64,000 bases of DNA from an uncultured bacterium (GTDB taxonomy: Bacteria > Chloroflexota > UBA5177 > JANWHV01). The notes under the pieces were generated by a model. The model was not told where the DNA came from, searched no databases, and worked only from the letters and a program-made list of their open reading frames with translations. Positions within the stretch are counted from its first letter, which is position 1. The number at the start of each line of letters is the position of its first letter. Made by a program: the position numbers and the translations under genes. This document shows positions 1 to 9,339 of this stretch, one piece after another. The stretch is taken from the NCBI GenBank assembly GCA_963827235.1, contig CAWHAE010000016.1, forward strand, positions 1,088,001 to 1,152,000, given 5' to 3'.

Positions 1-1470
1 GGCGCCCGGCACGTAAGCCGGCTCCTTATGCTCTTCGGAAGACTCCCAACCCTCGCCCGTCGCCTCGCCTTCCCGGCCCCATTCCGGCTCCCATCCCATG
101 CCACCGGGATTGCAAACCGAGCCGATGGCCAGATCGCCGTCCCACCGCCCACTGCTCAACAGGACAAGGCGGTCGGGATCAAGCTCCCGGAGCAATGGCA
201 GCGACTGCACGGCGTGGCGAAACACCGGCCCGTCATGGGTTTCGTTGAGAAGACCCCAAATCACAACGCTGGGATGATTGCGATCACGCAGGACCATCTC
301 GCGTAGCGACCGATCGAATCGCTCTGCCATTTGCGGCGAGTCGCCAAGGAGCCAAGCGGCCAGGTTCTCCTCGTAGACGAGCAGACCAATCTCGTCGCAG
401 ACATCAAGCTGCTCTGTCAGGGCCATACCTGCTATGAAGCGCACGGTGTTCAACCCTACGGCCTTAGCGTACAGGAGATCGCGCCGTATAAGGTCGGGAT
501 CTGCCGGAGCATAGTAGCCCACAGGAAAGTGGTCGCCTGTGTGCGTCGAGCGCAGCCACAGGCGCTTGCCGTTGAGCTGGAAGTAGCCGTCGACCACACG
601 GAAGTCCCGGAATCCGCAACGCCGCGATACCTCGTCTCGGCTCGCGGCCTCTGTCGCATCAGAGACCTGGGCCACCACAGTGAGCCGGTAAAGAAAGGGA
701 TCGTCAAGGCTCCAGAGGTGGGGTCGCGGCACACTCAACGCCGCCTCATGGGAGCTCACGCCGGCAGGCACCTCTACTTCGTGCGTGGTGCAGGCCAGGA
801 CAGTCCCCTCGCGTGCCGGGCCTACTGCGATGCTCAGCGTCACGCGCGTGGGAACTGGACGCGCGCTTTGCAGTGCAACTCTGACATCGACCTCCCCGCT
901 TTGCACATGAGGACGGACCAGGATATCGCTTATGTACAGTGGCGGCACCACGAGCAACTCGACAGTCTGCACGATGCCGCCGTAGTTCTTGCCGCTGCCA
1001 GGCTGGAAGTCACCCTCTAGGCGCTTGTTCCGGTGCGGCGTCTGGTCGAGCACGATACTGTCAACAGGCGTATCGGTCGGGTTCAGCACGCGCACCGCGA
1101 GAAGATTGTCGCCGGACTGCAAGGCGCTCGTCGCGTCCAAAGTAAATGGCGTTTCACCGCCCTCGTGACCTCCCAGGTAGGCGCCGTTCAGCCAGACGTC
1201 ACTCAGGTAGTCGGCAGCGCTGAAGCGAAGCAAGGCACGCGCCCCGTTCGGAGCCACGCCTTCCTGGTGAATGGTGCGCCAATACCAGGCGACACCGTGG
1301 CTGGCCGGAAAGACCTGCTGTATCGTTCCGGGCACCGGCGCCTGGCGGGTCTCTACGGCAGGAATGCCGCTGAACCACTCCTCTGTACGCCCCCTGTTCT
1401 CCGGGTCAAGGGCTATTGTCCATCGACCGTCGAGGGACTGGCTTGAACGACTGTCTATACCAGTGGTCAT
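1..1470 (-). CDS. Glycoside hydrolase family 2 (beta-galactosidase/glucuronidase-like), 3' end runs off the window
   Basis: Not in the ORF track because there is no stop inside the window. Manual translation from the ATG at 1470 gives MTTGIDSRSSQSLDGRWTIALDP...ADYLSDVWLNGAYLGGHEGGETPF (GH2 sugar-binding domain) and RDRNHPSVVIWGLLNE (GH2 acid/base motif). Confidence 0.9.
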   Translation of the reverse strand, partial: MTTGIDSRSSQSLDGRWTIALDPENRGRTEEWFSGIPAVETRQAPVPGTIQQVFPASHGVAWYWRTIHQEGVAPNGARALLRFSAADYLSDVWLNGAYLGGHEGGETPFTLDATSALQSGDNLLAVRVLNPTDTPVDSIVLDQTPHRNKRLEGDFQPGSGKNYGGIVQTVELLVVPPLYISDILVRPHVQSGEVDVRVALQSARPVPTRVTLSIAVGPAREGTVLACTTHEVEVPAGVSSHEAALSVPRPHLWSLDDPFLYRLTVVAQVSDATEAASRDEVSRRCGFRDFRVVDGYFQLNGKRLWLRSTHTGDHFPVGYYAPADPDLIRRDLLYAKAVGLNTVRFIAGMALTEQLDVCDEIGLLVYEENLAAWLLGDSPQMAERFDRSLREMVLRDRNHPSVVIWGLLNETHDGPVFRHAVQSLPLLRELDPDRLVLLSSGRWDGDLAIGSVCNPGGMGWEPEWGREGEATGEGWESSEEHKEPAYVPGA

Positions 1471-1558
1471 CGTGGTGCAGCCACTCCTTTGTAACTAGCT
1501 CCGGACACAGGTCAACAACTGAGCACCGACTCGATTGCTCGCCACTGGTGCCCTTCCT

Positions 1559-3733
1559 TCAGGTCGAGACTCGCTGGAACACGATCGTCGCGGCGGCAGG
1601 GGGGTTGGCCAAATGCACGTGCAAGCCTGTCTGCACGAGGTCACGGCCCGCGACATGCAGCACGGTAGGCGTATCGAAGTCTCTCACGCGGTACGTGGCA
1701 CTCTCCTGCAGGCCGCGCAGCTTGAAGCGCATGTCGGAAGCGGCGTTGTCGGCACGCCGGAAGGCGAGCACGACCCCCTCACCCGCCTCGGGCCGGTAGA
1801 ACTGGAAAGCTATCCACGTACTGGTGTCCTCACTGTATGGCGTGAGCGGGTAGTAGTCGCCCAACAGGTTGGCGGCGATCTGTCGCCATTCGCTCGTTAT
1901 CCGCCGCATCACCATCCAGGCGTCTGCCGGAGCGGTGCGCACATCAAGACTGGACGCAAAGCACGGAGCGAGGGAGCTCCGCATGACGTAGACGGCAGGG
2001 CCGTAGATGCCGTTATTGTTGGATTGCGGACCCACCCCGGTGCCGTAATACGGCATCCAGAACGACAGGCCGTAGGTGTGACCCTGCTGGCCGGTAGGCT
2101 CGAATTGATAATCGCTGCGCAGCAGCGGCACGGCGCGACGCAGCGTCTCCAGGTCGTTGCGCCTGCCACCCGACGCGCAGCTGTCGATCAGCATGGAAGG
2201 GTGCCGGCGTCGGAGCTCGTCCCAAAAAGCCAGGTAGCCCGTGACATGCCGAATCTGCGTGATGCCGCGCCGGCCGGGCGAATCAGCTGCGTTCCAGTAG
2301 GGGAGCGGATCAATATTGAAGTCCTGCCGATAGACGTCCACGCCCTGATCCCGGATCAGCTGGTCGAAATGCCCGACTACCCAGCTCCATACTTGTGCGT
2401 TCCCCAGGTTGAGCAGCCATGTCTGGCCATCGGGACCTGGACCGAGCAGCCATTCACGGTGATTGTTGTAGAGCGAGGTACCCTGTACGACGCGCTCCGG
2501 CTCATGCCAGACGATGCTCTTCATCCCATAGTGTCGAGCGCGGTCCGTCACCGGCCGCAGTCCCTGCGGATAGCGCACAGGGTCGGGCTGCCACGTGCCG
2601 ACACCCGTCCAGTCCGACGACGTCGAGGGAATCGTGTACCAGCCGGCATCCATCCACCAGTGATCGAACATGCCACCGGCCTTCATGGTGGTATGCTCAA
2701 CGACGTACCGATTCATGAACAGAGACTCATCGGCAGCGGAATCCAGCAGCCCGGGATAGTACCCGCACACAGCACCGGTGGGACAGATCGGCGCCGGCGG
2801 ATGATCCGGCAGCCGGGGCATGTTGTGTGCGATCATCCACCGCCGCCAGGCATTCTGCGCCACAATCCAGTCGGTGGCCTGCCAGAACTGCAGGACGATA
2901 AGGGGAGTCCGGATCTCTTCGTTGGGATGGAGCAACGTCTCGACTAGCTGTGTATCGCTGATCGTGCCGTTGAGCCGCATCTGTGAGGGGTCCAGGCAAG
3001 CCATGCCGCCCTGCACATGGAGCGCCGACCCAGCATCGCGTGTCATCTGTACTGCCCACTGGCCCGGCCAAGCCAGTGCAAGCATGACACCTTCTTCACC
3101 CCAGTCGACGTTGTAGTACGGAAACGCGCCATTGGTCGGCCGCCCTCCGACGCAGGCGAAGAGCCGCCGATCTCCGGCCGGCAATGTCAGAGCGAACGGC
3201 TGGTAATCTGCGGCCGACGCACTGCTACCGCTGAATAAATGGAGTACAAACTCCTTCGACCGCGTGCGCGAGAATGACGTATCGAGTGCCAGAACGTCGC
3301 TGAGGAGCGCCGACACACGGCTGCCACGGTTCCTGAAGTAGAGCGTCCACTCCACTGCCGGGAAATCGTGATACTCCACGAGCACACAACGCACTTCCAT
3401 GTTCGTCGTGGAATCGGTCCAGATCAGTGTGTGCTCCGTGCGGTCGGGGTCGAGCTCTCGCCGTGCGTGGCTGTGGCGCCATTTCGCCAAGAGCGTCGTC
3501 GACGGTAAACCACCGTAGCGGAAGGAAAACCGGGGCGTGCGATCGAACTGACTGACGAACTGACCTGTCCCTAAAACGGGAGGCGTGCCAGCATCATCCG
3601 GCGGCCGCCGGACCGCAAACCGGTCTACTGCTGCAGCGCCCGTCCACGCGCCGGCGAGGCCGAGGAATCTGTGGCGACTCATGCCGCCTCGGCCGGTTTG
3701 GCCCGCCTGCCATGGCGATTGATCTTTTGTCAT
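1559..3733 (-). CDS. GH36-like alpha-galactosidase/melibiase-family glycosidase with degenerate Tat-like leader
   Basis: Motifs WWMDAGWY, WHEPERV, YRQDFN, IDSCASGGRRNDL, RSD, plus a GH36 C-terminal domain (LRGL...ATYRV). GGAGG RBS precedes the ATG at 3733. Leader reads SRHRFLG. Confidence 0.85.
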   Translation of the reverse strand: MTKDQSPWQAGQTGRGGMSRHRFLGLAGAWTGAAAVDRFAVRRPPDDAGTPPVLGTGQFVSQFDRTPRFSFRYGGLPSTTLLAKWRHSHARRELDPDRTEHTLIWTDSTTNMEVRCVLVEYHDFPAVEWTLYFRNRGSRVSALLSDVLALDTSFSRTRSKEFVLHLFSGSSASAADYQPFALTLPAGDRRLFACVGGRPTNGAFPYYNVDWGEEGVMLALAWPGQWAVQMTRDAGSALHVQGGMACLDPSQMRLNGTISDTQLVETLLHPNEEIRTPLIVLQFWQATDWIVAQNAWRRWMIAHNMPRLPDHPPAPICPTGAVCGYYPGLLDSAADESLFMNRYVVEHTTMKAGGMFDHWWMDAGWYTIPSTSSDWTGVGTWQPDPVRYPQGLRPVTDRARHYGMKSIVWHEPERVVQGTSLYNNHREWLLGPGPDGQTWLLNLGNAQVWSWVVGHFDQLIRDQGVDVYRQDFNIDPLPYWNAADSPGRRGITQIRHVTGYLAFWDELRRRHPSMLIDSCASGGRRNDLETLRRAVPLLRSDYQFEPTGQQGHTYGLSFWMPYYGTGVGPQSNNNGIYGPAVYVMRSSLAPCFASSLDVRTAPADAWMVMRRITSEWRQIAANLLGDYYPLTPYSEDTSTWIAFQFYRPEAGEGVVLAFRRADNAASDMRFKLRGLQESATYRVRDFDTPTVLHVAGRDLVQTGLHVHLANPPAAATIVFQRVST

Positions 3734-3885
3734 CAGCGAGCCTCCAGTCTGTGCTCGCCGCCGCACCGAAATCCCGGCTCAGTGGCGCCTCACCGTGCGT
3801 GGCGATCCCGGTCGAGAGGGGAGAGTGCCTGACCACACTCATAAATGGTACCGGCGCATATCCGGTAACGTGTACGCTGAGATCA

Positions 3886-3907
3886 TGTAGACAATAGACA
3901 GTTTACA
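3886..3907. promoter_or_regulatory. Candidate operator TGTAGACAATAGACAGTTTACA between divergent GH36 genes
   Basis: AT-rich heptad-repeat/pseudo-palindrome, 18/22 identical to the reverse complement of 11062-11083. Confidence 0.55.
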
Positions 3908-4097
3908 CGCAAGCCACCGGGCGGTCTACAATGGATCAAGCAAGACAGCACCGTCGATTACAGGCCTGACCGGGGTCATTGACACGTCATCGGACTGGCC
4001 AGGCGGCCTCAGCGTACATGGCACCGCCCAGGGTGCTGACCAACCCCTGGCCGACGCCGGTGGATACGGGATAGAGATCAGACAATTCAGGAGGAGC

Positions 4098-6122
4098 GTG
4101 GTTATGCATCCGGACTATAGGTCACCCCGAACCATGCCTGAAGACATGATGCTGAGCCGCGCCTGGAGCGCCCAGGTGTTCTCATCGCCTGGGAGCCTGC
4201 CTATCTCCTTCCGCTATGGCGAGACGGAGATCCGGGGCATCCCCACGGCATGGTCTCCTGCCATCGTGAAGCGTCGTATTGATGCGAACATCATTGAAAC
4301 GACCTTTGACGGAACGGACCCTGCTACCGGCTTGAACCTGCGCCTTGAATACCTGGCGTATCTAGACTATCCAGTCGTGGAGTGGACGGCGTGGCTCGGC
4401 AATACGGGGAACAAGCCAACGCCCATCATCGCCGATCTGCTCGCCCTTGACTCGACATTCGAGGGTGCGTCGCCGGTCCTGCAGTCCTGCAACGGTGATT
4501 TCTACAGTGAAGATGGCTATAGGCCGGAGGAAAGCCCGGTTCACTCGGGAGAGAGGCTCACCTTTGCGCCGAGTGGTGGCCGTCCTTGTGACGGCGCGTT
4601 TCCGTACTTTCGCATGCAGTTCGAAGGCTGTGGCCTGACCCTGGCCTTGGGCTGGCCAGGACAATGGATGGCCACCTTTGAAGGCACTGCGGATGGCGTG
4701 CATGTCAGGGCCGGCCAGGAACACACCCATCTGCACCTTGTGCCGGGTGAGAGAATCCGCACGCCGCGCATGACTATTGTGGCCTGGTCAGGCGACGCCA
4801 CGAGAGCATTCAATCTGTGGCGGCGATGGTACCTGGACCATGTGCTCCCTAGGCCCGATGGAAACGCTCTGCAGCCCCTACTTGTGGCGGCCGGCACGGA
4901 CGACGGCGAAGAGTTCACCGCGGCCACCGAAGATAATCAGATCCGGTATATGGATGCCTTCAAGCGGGCAGGGTTTGATCTCGACGCGTGGTGGATCGAC
5001 GCGGGCTGGTACCCTTGCCTTAATGAGCAGCGCGAAAGAAGATGGGTGCTTACGGGCACATGGGAGCCGGATTCGGCACGGTTCCCCAGGGGCCTCCGGC
5101 CGATCTCCGACCACGCGGGCGAGCGCGGCATCGACCTGTTGGTCTGGTTCGAGCCGGAGCGGGTAAGACCCGATACGTGGCTGTTCAATAATCACCCAGA
5201 GTGGCTGTTGCGGATCGGCGGCCCAGATGACCAAGCTGCCCAGAACGCCTTGCTGAACCTGGGCAACCCGGAATGCCGATCCTGGCTGACCGATCACTTC
5301 TGCAAACTGATCCAGGAGAATGGGATCAAGATCTACCGCCAGGACTTCAACTTCCCTCCTCTCCGCTATTGGCGCGAGAATGAGCCCATGGACCGCCAGG
5401 GCGTGAACGAAAACCTGCATGTCCAGGGCTACCTGCAGTTCTGGGATGACCTGCTGGCGCGAAACCCGGGCCTGTGGATTGATTCTTGCTCATCCGGGGG
5501 CCGGCGCAACGACCTGGAGACCATGCGCCGTTCGGTGCCGCTGCACTATACAGACTACGGCTACGGGGATCATCCCGTGAAAATGGCATTTCACCACACC
5601 CTCTATGAGTGGATTCCCTATTTCAAGGAGTTCACTATCTCGTGGGACCTCAACGAGCCTGGCGATGATAAGCGCTTTGACAAGCAAGTCGACAGCTTCT
5701 CGTTTCACTGCGGCCTGGCGCCAATGCTCTTCCTTACCATGGATATCCGCAAAGGCGGGTATGACTTTGCCACCGCCATCAAGATGGTGGGGATTTGGCG
5801 GCGTGCTGCCGACCTTCTGTTGAACGGAGACTACTATCCGCTCACGCCCTTCAGCCGGAGCGGCGAGTCGTGGGTTGCATGGCAGTTTGACCGGCCCGAG
5901 ATCGGCGAGGGACTCCTGCAGGGCATCCGCCATGCTGAAAGCGCAGACGAAAGCCTCACGGTCTATCCTCGTGTACCCCGACCAGATGCAGACTTTATCC
6001 TGAATAACCCGGAGACTGGCGAGACAAGGGAATTGTCCGGGGCCGCGATTCAACGGGATGGCTTTACATTTGCCCTTGCACGCCGGAGCGGAGCGATCTG
6101 GTTCTACCACGTCAAGTCCTAG
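4098..6122 (+). CDS. GH36-like alpha-galactosidase/melibiase-family glycosidase (no signal peptide)
   Basis: WWIDAGWY, WFEPERV, YRQDFN, IDSCSSGGRRNDL motifs. GAGGAG RBS before the GTG start. Confidence 0.85.
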   Translation: MVMHPDYRSPRTMPEDMMLSRAWSAQVFSSPGSLPISFRYGETEIRGIPTAWSPAIVKRRIDANIIETTFDGTDPATGLNLRLEYLAYLDYPVVEWTAWLGNTGNKPTPIIADLLALDSTFEGASPVLQSCNGDFYSEDGYRPEESPVHSGERLTFAPSGGRPCDGAFPYFRMQFEGCGLTLALGWPGQWMATFEGTADGVHVRAGQEHTHLHLVPGERIRTPRMTIVAWSGDATRAFNLWRRWYLDHVLPRPDGNALQPLLVAAGTDDGEEFTAATEDNQIRYMDAFKRAGFDLDAWWIDAGWYPCLNEQRERRWVLTGTWEPDSARFPRGLRPISDHAGERGIDLLVWFEPERVRPDTWLFNNHPEWLLRIGGPDDQAAQNALLNLGNPECRSWLTDHFCKLIQENGIKIYRQDFNFPPLRYWRENEPMDRQGVNENLHVQGYLQFWDDLLARNPGLWIDSCSSGGRRNDLETMRRSVPLHYTDYGYGDHPVKMAFHHTLYEWIPYFKEFTISWDLNEPGDDKRFDKQVDSFSFHCGLAPMLFLTMDIRKGGYDFATAIKMVGIWRRAADLLLNGDYYPLTPFSRSGESWVAWQFDRPEIGEGLLQGIRHAESADESLTVYPRVPRPDADFILNNPETGETRELSGAAIQRDGFTFALARRSGAIWFYHVKS

Positions 6123-6196
6123 AGCGTGTTATGCACCTCGCAGTATAAACGGCAGAACACAGGGTAGGGATGACGGTCGTGTCACGGCACCACACG

Positions 6197-6232
6197 AAAG
6201 GGCGGCTATCCGTGATCGGATAGCCGCCCTTT
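6197..6232. terminator. Bidirectional intrinsic terminator
   Basis: Perfect 16-bp inverted repeat AAAGGGCGGCTATCCG-TGAT-CGGATAGCCGCCCTTT between convergent genes. Confidence 0.75.
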
Positions 6233-6262
6233 GCCAGCTCGATCGGCGCTAAAGCCTCGACT

Positions 6263-7084
6263 CTACCCCTGTCCGGCGAAGGTGCCAAAGTCCCCCATCG
6301 CCGGCCCCACAAACGTGCCTATCCAGTGCAGGTTGCCAAAGCCCGGCTTGGTATAGGCGGTCACCAGAATCGTCCCCTTGCTGCCCATCGGTATGCTTAC
6401 CTCACCGGACCCCTTGTTGCTGTTAATGTAGCCTTGCACCAGGGTCGGCAGGCTGCCGTTGACCGGAGCATATGTCCCCACGGCCCACCCACTCGCCGTG
6501 ACCTGCAGGTCGATGGCGCCGACCAGCACGATCTTGTCGGTGCTCTTGGCGTCGGACTTGATGGCTGCATCGATGTGCACGGTGTTGGGCTGAGCCGTCA
6601 ATGTGAACGACCCTACCGAGACACCGGCCTGGATGATGCTGCCGGTCCACCCGGGCAAGCCTATGCCGGAGCCGACCAGCGTCCAGGTCCAGCCTTTGCC
6701 CTTTGCCGTCAAGTTCGCTCCACTGCTCTTCAACATGCCGCCCACATTCGCCGTGGGAGCCAAACCGCACGCGGGACCGAAGTCGACGTAGGGCGCACAG
6801 CCCGCCTTCAGCGGGGCCAGCGCGTTCACCGTGAGGGTCGCCGTGAGCACGCCGGTGCTATCCAGCGAGCCCCCCACCCAGCCGTACAAGGAGGTGCCGG
6901 CATGGCTGCCGGACACCAACTGACCATCAAAGCGGTAGGACACGGTCGTCGTCGTCACTGCAGCGGCGACCTCTCGGCTCGAGCTTGCGGATGAGACCGC
7001 AGCGAACGGAGGCATCAGCGCCAGAGCCAGGAGAATGCCAGGGACAATCATCAGGACGCGACGACGACTGAAGGCGCGTGCCAT
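6263..7084 (-). CDS. Secreted hypothetical beta-rich protein
   Basis: AAGGAGGAAGG RBS, SRRR followed by a hydrophobic signal and AxA-like site, Gly/Thr-rich composition, coding-like codon usage. Confidence 0.8.
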   Translation of the reverse strand: MARAFSRRRVLMIVPGILLALALMPPFAAVSSASSSREVAAAVTTTTVSYRFDGQLVSGSHAGTSLYGWVGGSLDSTGVLTATLTVNALAPLKAGCAPYVDFGPACGLAPTANVGGMLKSSGANLTAKGKGWTWTLVGSGIGLPGWTGSIIQAGVSVGSFTLTAQPNTVHIDAAIKSDAKSTDKIVLVGAIDLQVTASGWAVGTYAPVNGSLPTLVQGYINSNKGSGEVSIPMGSKGTILVTAYTKPGFGNLHWIGTFVGPAMGDFGTFAGQG

Positions 7085-7348
7085 TGACCTTCCTCCTTAT
7101 CGAACCCAACTCGGAGAACTACCGAAATCTCGGTTTCCATACCTGGACACCCTACACGGGACCGCCTAGCCAGAAGCAAGCACCGGATGAGCAACCTCCT
7201 CCAAGCCCATGGCTCCCACAGTAGGTCTGCTGCCCCAAGACGGTACCTGGCGGCTCAGCCGTCCGGTGCCTCCCACGATTCGCCAGAGTGATGACCCGGA
7301 ATGAGCGCTGCGTTTCTTGCTCCCTTCCCTTCTCCTGCAACACCGCAC

Positions 7349-8245
7349 CTACAGCTTGATCCCTGTCATCGCGATGCCTTCAATCATGTACCGCGAGGCG
7401 AAGATGTAGCAGATCATCAGCGGTACCAGCGTCACCACTGCCGCCGTGATCAGGTAGTCGTACTGCGTCCAGAACAAGCCTTGCAAACCGGCGATCACCA
7501 CGGGAAGCGTCTGCCGGTCCGAGCTGGTCAACACCACCGACGGCCACAGGAAATCGTTCCAGGTCCCCAGAAAGATGAACACGCCCAGCGCGGCCATGGG
7601 CGACTTGGACAGCGGGATGATCAACTGAAAGAAGATGCGCCATTCCGAAGCGCCATCGATCCGGCCGCTGTCGAGAAGCTCCGACGGGATGTTGAACATG
7701 AACTGACGCAGCATGAAGATGCCGAAGGTGGTAAACAGGCCGGTCACGATGACACCGGCCAGTTGGTTGACCAGACCAAAGTCCTTCAGTATGAGGAACA
7801 GCGGGATCAAGATCACGATGAACGGGATCATCATGGTCGACAGCAGCGCGATGAACAGCACGTTCTTGAACGGGAAATTGAACTTGGCGAAGACGTAGCC
7901 CTCCAGCACCGAGGTGAACACAGCGCTTATGGTCACGGCGCAGGTCACGATAATGCTGTTGCGAAAGCCTGTCCACAAGTTCGTCAAGCCGAAAACTGTC
8001 TGGTACGAATGCAGGGTCCACGTATGTGGGAGCAGGTCGCTGGACGATACTAACTCGGTGAAATGCTTGAACGAGGCAAACACGCACCACACCATCGGCA
8101 TCACCGCGACCAGAGCGACGAAGATGAGGATGAGGTGGAGCAGGAGCTGGCTCGAAGACACGTGCGGCCGGTGGGCCCGGGTCGCCAGAGTGGACACGCT
8201 AGTCGCCGCCACGGGCGTCTGATCGCGAACGGTGGTCATGCTCAT
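7349..8245 (-). CDS. Carbohydrate ABC transporter permease (MalG-like)
   Basis: EAA-loop variant ELLDSGRIDGASEW, WNDFLWP, multiple TM helices. Confidence 0.95.
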   Translation of the reverse strand: MSMTTVRDQTPVAATSVSTLATRAHRPHVSSSQLLLHLILIFVALVAVMPMVWCVFASFKHFTELVSSSDLLPHTWTLHSYQTVFGLTNLWTGFRNSIIVTCAVTISAVFTSVLEGYVFAKFNFPFKNVLFIALLSTMMIPFIVILIPLFLILKDFGLVNQLAGVIVTGLFTTFGIFMLRQFMFNIPSELLDSGRIDGASEWRIFFQLIIPLSKSPMAALGVFIFLGTWNDFLWPSVVLTSSDRQTLPVVIAGLQGLFWTQYDYLITAAVVTLVPLMICYIFASRYMIEGIAMTGIKL

Positions 8246-8267
8246 CGGGTGTAACCTTCCTCCGTCC

Positions 8268-9245
8268 TCAGTACGACCACCGCATGCGCATGGCGCGCAA
8301 AACCACCAGCGTAAGGAACAGCGTGATGGCGAACTCGATCATTGAAGCCGCTGCCGCCTGGCCAAACTGCAGATTGCCGAGGCCAATGTTATAGACGTAC
8401 ATGTTGAGCAGCGTGGTCGCGTTATCCGGACCACCACCGCCGCTGACGCCCCCGCTGCCTCCGGTCATGACCGTCGGAATCGTGTATTCTTGCAGCGCGC
8501 CGATCACCCCCAGCACGACCACGAAGTTGAGCGTGGGTTGAAGCAGCGGCAGCGTGATGTGCCAGAAGCGGTGCCAGGCGTTCGTGCCGTCGACTGCCGC
8601 TGCCTCCAGCAACTCGCGAGGGATATTCATCAGACCGGCCGTGAGAATGACGATGGTGATGCCCCAGCCTTTCCAGATGGCGAAGCCCACCAGCGTCGGC
8701 AGCGCGCTGCCGCTGCTCTGCAAGAACGGCGAGGTCGGCAAGTGCAGGTCGGCAAGGTACTTATCGATGGGGCCGATCATGGGATCCAGCAGGTATCTGG
8801 CCAGGACCACGACGGAGACAAGCGAGAGGACCACCGGCACGAAGATCAGCGTCTGATACAGGTTCCGGAAGCGCCGCACGCTCGCCAGGCACAGAGCGAT
8901 GCCCAGCTCTATGGGCAGCCCAAAGAGGTTGAGCAAGATGCCCCATTGAACACTGTTGCGCAGGGAGATGCCGAAGATCGGGTCGTTGAATACGGCCCGG
9001 AAGTTATCCCATCCCACGAACCGGTTCAGGCTGGGGTTGAGCAGGTGGTATGTGGTAAAGGAAAGCTTGACGCCCTGAAAGAGCGCCCACACCGCAAAAA
9101 TGCCGTACCACGCCAGCAACGGCACCATTGCGACCAGCACAAACCAAACCTTAGGATCATGCAGCCGCTTGCCCAGTTGGTAGCCAATGCCCTGCCGCGG
9201 CCTCCGAGCGAGAGCGACACTTGCTTTCATCGTGTGTCCCAACAT
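8268..9245 (-). CDS. Carbohydrate ABC transporter permease (MalF-like)
   Basis: FVGWDNF and ELLEAAAVDGTNAWHRFWHITLPLL. The start could be 9230. Confidence 0.95.
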   Translation of the reverse strand: MLGHTMKASVALARRPRQGIGYQLGKRLHDPKVWFVLVAMVPLLAWYGIFAVWALFQGVKLSFTTYHLLNPSLNRFVGWDNFRAVFNDPIFGISLRNSVQWGILLNLFGLPIELGIALCLASVRRFRNLYQTLIFVPVVLSLVSVVVLARYLLDPMIGPIDKYLADLHLPTSPFLQSSGSALPTLVGFAIWKGWGITIVILTAGLMNIPRELLEAAAVDGTNAWHRFWHITLPLLQPTLNFVVVLGVIGALQEYTIPTVMTGGSGGVSGGGGPDNATTLLNMYVYNIGLGNLQFGQAAAASMIEFAITLFLTLVVLRAMRMRWSY

Positions 9246-9278
9246 TGCAACGTTGCCCGAAGAAAAGGACCCACGCCA

Positions 9279-9319
9279 GGGAGAGGGGGTGCGAGCGAGG
9301 TGACCGCACCTCCCTCCCC
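9279..9319 (-). terminator. Intercistronic stem-loop downstream of SBP gene
   Basis: GGGAGAGGGGGTGCG ... CGCACCTCCCTCCCC imperfect inverted repeat between SBP and permease. Confidence 0.5.
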
Positions 9320-9339
9320 CAGCTTGGCAGTGCCGTCGT

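Noticed and set aside
28-2947. Long plus-strand ORFs (331-1020, 1535-2947) and similar ones such as 15921-17441, 18818-20650, 28319-29767, 39548-41515, 45250-47304, 52285-53691
   Set aside because: Antisense shadows of real high-GC genes on the opposite strand, with no family motifs.
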